NCBI GenBank assembly: GCA_964362775.1 | Contig: CAYIFS010000001.1 | Span: 6,828-48,489, forward strand | Length of the DNA stretch: 41,662 bases | DNA from: an uncultured Candidatus Saccharibacteria bacterium | Lineage (GTDB): Bacteria; Patescibacteriota; Minisyncoccia; Portnoybacterales; GWB1-42-6 | Reading direction: 5' to 3' | In this document: positions 34,963 through 41,662 of the stretch, piece by piece | How positions within the stretch are numbered: position 1 is the first letter of the stretch | Layout of the letters: each line of letters starts with the position of its first letter | The notes under the pieces: model-generated | Seen by the model: the letters and a program-made list of their open reading frames with translations, nothing else | Databases searched by the model: none | Told to the model about the DNA's origin: nothing | Program-made: the position numbers and the translations under genes

Positions 34963-35827
34963 AAATTTGAAAAATAATTTTTTAGGCATTTCGCAAGATT
35001 TGGAAAAGGCGCGAATCCTCATTGCGTCTTTTGGCTTTGAAGCGACCACGACTTTCGGGCGCGGCGCGAGCAAGGGCCCGGCCGCGATCATCAAAGCTAG
35101 CAACCAAGTGGAGCTTTTTGACGAAGAACTTTGGCAGGAGACTTACAAAAAAATCGGCATCGCGACTTTGAAAACCGAAAAACCGGCCAAAACAGTTGAC
35201 GGAGCGAAAAAACAAATTGCCAAAATAATTCTGCCGATCTTGGCAGATAAAAAATTTCCCGTGATTTTGGGTGGAGAACACAGTATTACGCCATTCATCA
35301 TTGAGGCGTATAAAAACGCCGGTTATCAGGATTTTTCCATTTTGCAATTTGACGCGCACGCCGATTTGCGCGACGGATATTTGAACCAAAAATATTCGCA
35401 CGCCGCGGCGATGCGGCGTTCCCTCGATTTTGCCGATTTGAATTTGGCGCAAATCGGCGTGCGCAATATCAGCAACGAAGATGATGAACTGATTTTTTGG
35501 GAAAAGAATCGGGACCGCATTAAAACTTTTTTTACCAAGGACAAAAAGAACTGGAAAACCGACGAAATAACCGGCGCGTTGAAAGAAAATGTTTATCTGA
35601 CTTTTGATGTGGACGCTTTTGACTGCAGTCTGATGCCTTCAACCGGCACGCCCGAGCCCGGAGGACTTTTTTGGGACGAAACTCTGGAAATTTTGCGGGC
35701 GGTCTGCCAAAAGAAAAAAATCATCGGCGCGGATTTTGTGGAACTCGCGCCAATTAAAGGTTTTCACGCGCCGGATTTTCTGGCGGCGAAGTTGATCTAT
35801 AAAATGATCGGGTATATAACTAAATAG
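34955..35827 (+). CDS. speB: Agmatinase (arginase/ureohydrolase family)
   Basis: It has GGEHSITPFII, ILQFDAHADLRD, LTFDVDAFDCSLMPSTGTPEPGG and ADFVELAP. The start overlaps the DHS-like stop by 8 nt. Confidence 0.8.
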   Translation: MAENLKNNFLGISQDLEKARILIASFGFEATTTFGRGASKGPAAIIKASNQVELFDEELWQETYKKIGIATLKTEKPAKTVDGAKKQIAKIILPILADKKFPVILGGEHSITPFIIEAYKNAGYQDFSILQFDAHADLRDGYLNQKYSHAAAMRRSLDFADLNLAQIGVRNISNEDDELIFWEKNRDRIKTFFTKDKKNWKTDEITGALKENVYLTFDVDAFDCSLMPSTGTPEPGGLFWDETLEILRAVCQKKKIIGADFVELAPIKGFHAPDFLAAKLIYKMIGYITK

Positions 35828-35854
35828 TAGGTTTATAACTAATAAAACAAAAAT

Positions 35855-36919
35855 ATGAGCTTTGAAAATCCATCTTTTGGCCAAAAATCGGAAAAATCTC
35901 TGGTTGAACAATTGCAAGAACAAATGCGGAATATAACAAAGGAAATGGCGGAAAAATCGCAATATCGGCGCGAGCGTCTTTCCGATTTGAAAGAACAAAT
36001 TGTTTCGCCCGAGGGTGAAAATTTTTTAATTGAACACGTCAAAGACGCCGAAAGTCCGGATGTCAAAAAGATTTTTAAGTTTATGGAGAAGTTTAATCCG
36101 GAGGAATGCGATACGATTGAGATTATTCAAGACGCCATTGAGAATCCGACCGATGCTTACGCTTATCATATTATTAAAGATGAAAAAGGCAAGGTAATTG
36201 CTCATTCGGAAAGTTCATATTTGGAAATTCCGCCGGAAAATCAGGGAGATAAACCAAAAGAAGCGGTTTTATTTATCGGCTGTAACATTGTTGATGATAA
36301 ACATCAGCGAAAGGGATTGGGAACTGAAATTTGCCAAACATTTTTTGAAACCGGCGCCAAAAAAGCTAAAAATCATGAACAAAGTTTGAAAGGTATAATC
36401 GGCGAAGCGGTGGAAACTTCCGAAAAATTCTGGAATCAAGTGGGCATGAAGCGGATGTATTTTGAGGATGGAGAGGGGAATATTCAGGAAGTGCCGTATA
36501 TCTGTCCGCCGATCCAATGGGATGAAAAAACCGGTTTGCCTTTGGACCCGGAAACCGAAGAAATCGGCGATAAAGATATTAAAGAATATTCCGCGCCGGA
36601 ACACTTGATGGTGCGAATGATTGATGGCCGGCAGGAAATCAACGCGAGCGAACTTTTGGCGATGATTGGCCCGGTTTATACTGATAATTACACGCTTTAT
36701 CGGAACGAAGGTGAAGAATATCCGACCGATGAAGCGATTGGATATTCCCGAAAAGCGGTGCGGGGGTTTCGGGATGAACTGGAAGCCGTTTTAAGAAAAG
36801 CCAAGGACGGGAAAATAATTCTGCTTGACGCCAAAGAACGGGAAGAAAAAATTAAGGAACTTCAGGCCAGCGGGAAGAACTTTAATGAATTAGTAATAGA
36901 GGAAAAAGATGGGGAATAG
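35855..36919 (+). CDS. Atypical GNAT-domain protein (unknown substrate)
   Basis: The acetyl-CoA loop is VDDKHQRKGLGTEICQTFFE (Q/R-x-x-G-x-G). The GNAT core is flanked by long charged N- and C-terminal extensions. Confidence 0.5.
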   Translation: MSFENPSFGQKSEKSLVEQLQEQMRNITKEMAEKSQYRRERLSDLKEQIVSPEGENFLIEHVKDAESPDVKKIFKFMEKFNPEECDTIEIIQDAIENPTDAYAYHIIKDEKGKVIAHSESSYLEIPPENQGDKPKEAVLFIGCNIVDDKHQRKGLGTEICQTFFETGAKKAKNHEQSLKGIIGEAVETSEKFWNQVGMKRMYFEDGEGNIQEVPYICPPIQWDEKTGLPLDPETEEIGDKDIKEYSAPEHLMVRMIDGRQEINASELLAMIGPVYTDNYTLYRNEGEEYPTDEAIGYSRKAVRGFRDELEAVLRKAKDGKIILLDAKEREEKIKELQASGKNFNELVIEEKDGE

Positions 36920-38093
36920 TTTTGAACAACCAATTCAGGCCGAATCGCCCGAGCAAAAAAATGCTCGTTTTGCCGAAGGTCTAATTACTGAAAATGAGAT
37001 AAGGGAATGTTGGGAGAGGCCGGATAAGCCGATTTTTGAGCATACGGTTAAAAAAGGGGAAGAAGGAAAAGAACAAGAAATGAAGTTTAGAGTTCAAGTT
37101 CTTAGTGAAAATCTAAAGGATGATTTACTCGCGGAATTAAAAAATTCTTGGGATAAACCTACCTTTGAAGAATTAAAAGAAACTCTGGAATTGTTTTTTG
37201 AGCAAAAGAAGATTGGCCATCCGGCTTTATTGAACGTTGAATATTATGTGACTGTTGATTCTGAAAACAATCCTTTTGTGATAACGGGAATTTATACGGA
37301 CGATATTTATGGCGGAGCCGGTTTCGCCACAAAAGATAAACTTGATTCACAAAATCATTATTTAGCTACTCGGCTGGGTTGGTTTTCGGTTAGTAAAGAT
37401 TATCAAGGAGCCGGAGTCGGAGGTTTTTTATTTGATTGGGTTGAAAAAATGGCTAAGAGCCGAGGGAGTAAATTTATGGTAGCTGAAACAGATGATTTTG
37501 AAAAAGAAGAGACAGCTTTAAAATTATATAAGAACCGGGGATACAAAAATGGTCTTGATATTAAAGATTATTTTGGTCCGGGTCGCGATATGGTTAGTTA
37601 TTTTGCTAAAGTTGAAGACGCCCAGCCTTTTATTATTGAGGAAAAAGTGGCAGCAGAAAACAAAGCCGAGTTGTTTAATTTGGCTAAAAAAATTTATTCC
37701 GCTGAAAGATACAAAGAGTTTGAGGTTTGTCTGAACCTTTTTTTGCAACAAAAAGACGGCGAGGAAACCATTATGGCGTCGCACAGTTTTGTTTTGAGAA
37801 ATCAAGAAGGAAAAATAACGGGATTTTCAATGTTGATGAGCGGAATTTATGAAAACGTGATTTTTTCTTGTTGGGAAGGTGCTGATCCGGATATTGAAGG
37901 CGGCAAAAAGGGATTAGCCGAAGCATTGAGGGGATATGCTTTTTTGCAAGGAAAAGGAATTGTGGCAGTGACGCGAGAGGGAGAGGATAAAGAATTTTTG
38001 GAGTACGGTTTTCAGTCGGCCAACGACGGCATTCCTGAAGTCTTTGAAAAAGGCGACCCGACTAAATTTTTGTTGTATTCTAAAAGATTATAG
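36909..38093 (+). CDS. Atypical GNAT-domain protein, possibly a tandem GNAT fold
   Basis: It has VSKDYQGAGVGGFLFDWVEKMAKSRGSKFMVAET...ALKLYKNRGY, followed by a second, degenerate GNAT-like half (FVLRNQEGKITGF...KGLAEALRGYAFLQGKGIV...EYGF). The start overlaps the upstream stop by 11 nt. Confidence 0.5.
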   Translation: MGNSFEQPIQAESPEQKNARFAEGLITENEIRECWERPDKPIFEHTVKKGEEGKEQEMKFRVQVLSENLKDDLLAELKNSWDKPTFEELKETLELFFEQKKIGHPALLNVEYYVTVDSENNPFVITGIYTDDIYGGAGFATKDKLDSQNHYLATRLGWFSVSKDYQGAGVGGFLFDWVEKMAKSRGSKFMVAETDDFEKEETALKLYKNRGYKNGLDIKDYFGPGRDMVSYFAKVEDAQPFIIEEKVAAENKAELFNLAKKIYSAERYKEFEVCLNLFLQQKDGEETIMASHSFVLRNQEGKITGFSMLMSGIYENVIFSCWEGADPDIEGGKKGLAEALRGYAFLQGKGIVAVTREGEDKEFLEYGFQSANDGIPEVFEKGDPTKFLLYSKRL

Positions 38094-38130
38094 GGAATAC
38101 TAATATTAGATTATAGCTTGTAGCTTTCTC

Positions 38131-38160
38131 GCCATATATCTGCTATCGCAGTTATATGGC
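38131..38160. repeat. 30-nt palindromic element, copy A (GCCATATATCTGC-TATC-GCAGTTATATGGC)
   Basis: It has a 13-bp stem with one mismatch. Read on the opposite strand it matches copy B at 38773-38802 except for one base. Confidence 0.85.
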
Positions 38161-38190
38161 ATTTGATAAAAATTGTGATAGAATTAAATT

Positions 38191-38745
38191 ATGCCAAGAG
38201 GGCTAGGAGAAATTCAACGAAAAATATTGCTTTTGCTTTCAGGCGGTTTGGTTTTGGGATTTTCTAGATCCCCAAAGCAACATTTTCAAATTATTAAAAA
38301 TATTAGCAATGAATGGAAAGAAATTGAAAATAGGGCGCTCAAGAGAGGAATCAGAAGTTTATATGAATCCAAGTTAATTAATAAAAAACAAAATAAAAAT
38401 GGGTCAATAACAATTACTCTTACCCAAGAAGGCAAAAAGAAAATATTAACTTTTCAAATAGATGAAATAGAAATCAAACGGCCTCAAAAATGGGATAAAA
38501 AATGGCGCGTGGTGCTTTTTGATATTCCTGAAAACAGGAAAAAGATAAGAGAAGCCCTAAGATTCCATCTAAAGAAACTGGGATTTTATGAATTTCAAAA
38601 AAGTGTCTTTGTCCACCCTTATAACTGCCAAGACGAGATTGACTACATTATAGAATTTTATGATATAAGAAAATTTGTCAGATTTATTGTTGCTAATTCC
38701 GTGGACAACGCATTACATTTAAAACAATATTTTAAATTAAAATAA
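38191..38745 (+). CDS. PaaX-like winged-helix regulator with a Cas2/VapD-like ferredoxin-fold domain
   Basis: The N-terminus is GEIQRKILLLLSGG (wHTH-like). WDKKWRVVLFDIPENRKKIREALRFHLKKLGFYEFQKSVFVHPYNCQDEI matches the PaaX middle-domain / Cas2-like pattern. Confidence 0.5.
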   Translation: MPRGLGEIQRKILLLLSGGLVLGFSRSPKQHFQIIKNISNEWKEIENRALKRGIRSLYESKLINKKQNKNGSITITLTQEGKKKILTFQIDEIEIKRPQKWDKKWRVVLFDIPENRKKIREALRFHLKKLGFYEFQKSVFVHPYNCQDEIDYIIEFYDIRKFVRFIVANSVDNALHLKQYFKLK

Positions 38746-38772
38746 ATCAAACAAAATAAGCCGACTTTTGAT

Positions 38773-38802
38773 GCCATATATCTGCGATAGCAGATATATG
38801 GC
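38773..38802. repeat. 30-nt palindromic element, copy B (GCCATATATCTGC-GATA-GCAGATATATGGC)
   Basis: It has a perfect 13-bp stem, extendable to 15 bp with the flanking at/at. Its loop GATA is the reverse complement of the copy A loop TATC. Confidence 0.85.
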
Positions 38803-38858
38803 ATAATTTTTGGCTGGTTATTATTTAAGATTAAGTTATAAAAATCGGTTTATAAAAA

Positions 38859-38886
38859 TTGATTTTTTATTGATTAAGCGTAGAAT
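38859..38886 (+). promoter_or_regulatory. Candidate secA promoter TTGATT-16-TAGAAT
   Basis: The hexamers are at 38859-38864 and 38881-38886, 35 nt upstream of the secA ATG. Confidence 0.35.
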
Positions 38887-38920
38887 AAAAATAGACGAAA
38901 GTTAAAGATAGTTTATTATT

Positions 38921-41620
38921 ATGTCATTCTTAACCAAAATTTTCGGCGATCCGAATAAGCGCGCGGTGGCGCGTTATTTGCCGCGGGTGGAAAAAATAAA
39001 CAGCCTGGAAGCGGAATTTGAAAAGCTTTCCGACGAGGAACTGAAAGGAAAAACTCAAGAGTTCAAAGAACGATTGGAAGTGTCTGGCGGCGATTCGGCT
39101 ACTAATAAAGAAACGCTGGACGATATTTTGCCCGAAGCTTTCGCCCTGGTGCGCGAAGCGGCCAAGCGCACCATCGGCCAGCGGCACTTTGACGTGCAGC
39201 TCGTGGGCGGCATGGTTTTGCACGAAGGCAAGATCGCCGAGATGAAAACCGGCGAAGGAAAAACTTTGGCCGCGACGCTCGCGGTCTATTTGAACGCCCT
39301 GGAAGGCCAAGGCGCGCACGTGGTCACGGTGAACGACTATTTGGCCAAGCGCGACGCCAACTGGATGGGCGCGATTTATCACAAGCTCGGGCTTTCGGTG
39401 GGCTGCATCCAGCATGACAAGTCTTTTCTCTTTGAGCCTAAAAAAATAGACCGTGACGAAGTGACGGTGGAAATGGAAAATTTGCGCGAAGTGAAACGCC
39501 GCGAGGCTTACGCCGCGGACATCACTTATGGCACGAACAACGAATTCGGTTTTGATTATTTGCGCGACAATATGGTGGGGAGTCTGGAAGAAATGTCCCA
39601 AAGAGGCCATAATTTTGCCATTGTGGACGAAGTAGATTCAATTTTAATTGACGAAGCGCGCACGCCGCTCATTATTTCCGCGCCGGACGAAGAATCAACC
39701 AAACTTTACGAAACTTTTTCGCGCATCGTGCCGCGCCTGGAAGAGAACGTTGATTTCAACATTGATGAAAAAATGCGCGCGGCCACTTTGACGGAAGAGG
39801 GTATTGAAAAAGTGGAAAAAATTCTGGGACTCGGCAATATCTACACCGAAGGCGGCGTGAGGTATGTCCATCATTTGGAACAGGCCCTGCGGGCGCACGC
39901 GCTTTTCAAGCTGGACCGGCATTACGTGGTCAAGGATGGCGAAATTGTCATTGTGGATGAGTTTACAGGGAGGTTGATGCCCGGCCGAAGGTATAGCGAA
40001 GGATTGCATCAGGCCTTGGAGGCCAAGGAGGGCGTGGACGTGCAGAAAGAGTCGCGGACGCTCGCTTCCATCACTTTTCAAAATTATTTTCGCTTGTACA
40101 AAAAACTGGCCGGTATGACCGGCACCGCCTTGACTTCTTCCGAGGAATTTTCCAAGGTTTACAAATTGGAAGTGGTTTCCGTTCCGACGAATCAGCCGCA
40201 GATGCGCGCGGACGAAGCCGACCAGGTTTTCCGCACCGAAATGGGGAAATTTCAGGCGGTGATCCGCGAGGTAAAAGAACGGCACAAAAAGGGCCAGCCG
40301 GTTTTGATCGGCACGGCCTCCATTGATAAAAACGAATTATTGGATAAACTTTTGACGCGTGAAGGGATTCCGCATGAAGTTTTGAACGCTAAGAACCACG
40401 AACGCGAAGCGCAGATCATCGCGCGCGCGGGCGAGCGCGGCGCGGTGACGGTGGCCACGAACATGGCGGGGAGAGGCGTGGACATAATTCTTGGCGGAAG
40501 GATGGAAAATTATATCTCACCCCAACCCTCTCTTAATTTAGGAGAGGGAGAAGATGAAATTCCCCCTCTTAATTTAAGAGGGGGGGCGAGGGAGTTAAAA
40601 AGCGATTGGCAAGAAAAGCACGAAGAAGTGACAGCGCTGGGCGGTTTGCATATTTTGGGCACGGAACGCCACGAGGCGCGGCGCATTGACGATCAGTTGC
40701 GGGGCCGCGCGGGGCGCCAAGGCGACCCGGGTTCTTCGCAATTTTTTGTTTCTTTGGAAGACGATTTAATGCGGATTTTCGCGCCGGACCGGGTCAAAAG
40801 AATGATGGAAATTTTGAAAGTGCCCGAAGACCAGCCCATAGAAAATAAGATGATCTCGCGCGCCATTGAATCGGCCCAGGCCAAGATAGAAGGTTTCAAT
40901 TTTGATTCGCGCAAACATGTTTTGGAATACGACGATGTGATGAACGCGCAACGGGGAACGATCTATCGCAAACGGCGCGAAATTTTGACTTCGGAAAATT
41001 TGAAAGAGGAAGCCCTGGAAATGATAGAAGCGGAAATTGAGAAGATCGTTAAAATTCACGCGAGCGACGACTACCGCGAGAATTGGAATTTGGAAGAAAT
41101 TCAGGAAGTTTTAAAAACCATTTTGCCTTTGCCGGCGAATTTGCGGCAAGAAATGGAAAATTTTAAGGAGACGGGGGAGTTGGTTGAATATCTGAAAAAA
41201 CTTGCCAGAAACATTTATGAATTTAAAGAAAAAGAAGTCGGGGAGAAAAAAACGCGGGAAATTGAAAAACTCTTGATGTTGCGCACCATGGATATGCTTT
41301 GGATGGACCATTTGGAAGAAATGGAACATTTGCGCGATTCGGTGAGATTGCGAGCCTACGGCCAGAAAGACCCGCTGGTGGAATACAAAAACGAAGGCCA
41401 TCAGCTTTTTGACCGGCTGCTCGGCGCCATCCAGTCAAATTTTACGGGCATGATCTATAAGGTTTCTCTGGACGCCCAGGCTCCGCGCCGCGCGCCCCAA
41501 AACCAGCCGTCAAACCAAAAAGAAGCAGGTCAACCCGTCTCTGCCAAAGCTTCGGTGGGTAGAAATGATCCATGCCCCTGCGGGTCAGGGAAAAAGTATA
41601 AGAAATGTCATGGAAAATAA
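38921..41620 (+). CDS. secA: Preprotein translocase ATPase SecA
   Basis: It has MKTGEGKTLAATL (Walker A), DEVDSILIDEARTPLIIS (DEAD-like), TNMAGRGVDI, LGTERHEARRIDDQLRGRAGRQGDPGSS and the C-terminal zinc finger CPCGSGKKYKKCHG. Confidence 0.97.
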   Translation: MSFLTKIFGDPNKRAVARYLPRVEKINSLEAEFEKLSDEELKGKTQEFKERLEVSGGDSATNKETLDDILPEAFALVREAAKRTIGQRHFDVQLVGGMVLHEGKIAEMKTGEGKTLAATLAVYLNALEGQGAHVVTVNDYLAKRDANWMGAIYHKLGLSVGCIQHDKSFLFEPKKIDRDEVTVEMENLREVKRREAYAADITYGTNNEFGFDYLRDNMVGSLEEMSQRGHNFAIVDEVDSILIDEARTPLIISAPDEESTKLYETFSRIVPRLEENVDFNIDEKMRAATLTEEGIEKVEKILGLGNIYTEGGVRYVHHLEQALRAHALFKLDRHYVVKDGEIVIVDEFTGRLMPGRRYSEGLHQALEAKEGVDVQKESRTLASITFQNYFRLYKKLAGMTGTALTSSEEFSKVYKLEVVSVPTNQPQMRADEADQVFRTEMGKFQAVIREVKERHKKGQPVLIGTASIDKNELLDKLLTREGIPHEVLNAKNHEREAQIIARAGERGAVTVATNMAGRGVDIILGGRMENYISPQPSLNLGEGEDEIPPLNLRGGARELKSDWQEKHEEVTALGGLHILGTERHEARRIDDQLRGRAGRQGDPGSSQFFVSLEDDLMRIFAPDRVKRMMEILKVPEDQPIENKMISRAIESAQAKIEGFNFDSRKHVLEYDDVMNAQRGTIYRKRREILTSENLKEEALEMIEAEIEKIVKIHASDDYRENWNLEEIQEVLKTILPLPANLRQEMENFKETGELVEYLKKLARNIYEFKEKEVGEKKTREIEKLLMLRTMDMLWMDHLEEMEHLRDSVRLRAYGQKDPLVEYKNEGHQLFDRLLGAIQSNFTGMIYKVSLDAQAPRRAPQNQPSNQKEAGQPVSAKASVGRNDPCPCGSGKKYKKCHGK
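40526..40597 (+). repeat. Two tandem 36-nt units, each with a hairpin-forming palindrome, in frame inside secA
   Basis: Unit 1 is CCCTCTC-ttaatttag-GAGAGGG at 40526-40548. Unit 2 is CCCCCTCTTAA-t-TTAAGAGGGGG at 40562-40584. They encode PSLNLGEGEDEI and PPLNLRGGAREL. Confidence 0.8.
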
Positions 41621-41662
41621 AGAAATTATCAAAGAAAGATTGCTGAAAAAGGGTTATTCTAT
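41610..41662 (+). CDS. Possible 5' end of the next CDS (MENKEIIKERLLKKGYS...), cut by the window edge
   Basis: An ATG at 41610 overlaps the secA stop by 11 nt and stays open to the window end. It is too short to identify. Confidence 0.2.
   Translation, partial: MENKEIIKERLLKKGYS

Noticed and set aside
38163-38184. TTGATA plus TAGAAT upstream of the PaaX-like gene could be a standard -35/-10 pair.
   Set aside because: The spacer is only 10 nt. Only the extended -10 (TGATAGAAT) reading is geometrically plausible, and it is discussed in the finding.
38131-38802. The 30-nt palindromic repeats next to a Cas2-like domain gene could be CRISPR repeats.
   Set aside because: There are only two copies, in opposite orientation and 612 nt apart, with a complete gene between them. 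There is no spacer periodicity, no cas1 and no other cas genes in the window.
1-41662. The genome could use an alternative genetic code (UGA recoding, as in some CPR lineages).
   Set aside because: TGA terminates several well-delimited genes, including the ATGA overlaps at 8756-8759 and 10144-10147. All family-typical protein lengths are obtained with the standard code.
1-41662. I looked for tRNA/rRNA genes, transposases, integrases, and toxin-antitoxin or known defence-system genes.
   Set aside because: I could recognise none in any intergenic region or ORF. The only nuclease-like ORF is the small GIY-YIG protein, and it has no recognisable partner genes.

Overview
This is an AT-rich, tightly packed bacterial window using the standard genetic code, since TGA serves as the stop in several ATGA start/stop overlaps. 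I found no rRNA, tRNA, CRISPR array, transposase or integrase. The gene style (divergent GT-B paralogs, a lone small GIY-YIG ORF, a PaaX/Cas2-like ORF, short GC-rich hairpin elements) suggests a Patescibacteria/CPR-like genome, but that is inference only.

Positions 1-29054 form one large surface-glycan biosynthesis island, with 24 of 25 CDS glycan-related:
- an initiating polyprenyl-phosphate sugar-phosphotransferase and a Wzx-like flippase;
- GT4, GT2 (GtrB/ArnC-like) and MurG/PseG-like transferases;
- four paralogous TagB/TagF-like GT-B proteins, three of them tandem and translationally coupled;
- two NeuB-family synthases, one fused to SAF and cupin domains, and two CMP-sugar cytidylyltransferases;
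- a HAD phosphatase, a Gfo/Idh/MocA oxidoreductase and a CBS-fused NDP-sugar dehydrogenase;
- an AsnB-type amidotransferase, four class I methyltransferases, a B12-binding radical SAM enzyme, a SPASM-type radical SAM enzyme and a NodU/CmcH carbamoyltransferase.

Positions 29137-41620 are mostly housekeeping: a secreted gluzincin-like protease, murB, hpf, a speA-like / deoxyhypusine-synthase-like / agmatinase operon, two atypical GNAT proteins, a PaaX/Cas2-like ORF and secA.

The best candidates for something undescribed are:
- the decorated (non)ulosonic-acid glycopolymer system built around TagF-like paralogs with no CDP-alditol genes;
- the NeuB-SAF-cupin fusion;
- the radical-SAM/AsnB tailoring block;
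- the arginine decarboxylase / DHS-like / agmatinase operon with its attached GNATs;
- the 30-nt palindrome pair bracketing the PaaX/Cas2-like gene;
- the two in-frame palindromic repeats inside the SecA variable loop.

Every functional call comes from motif recognition by eye. No searches were run.
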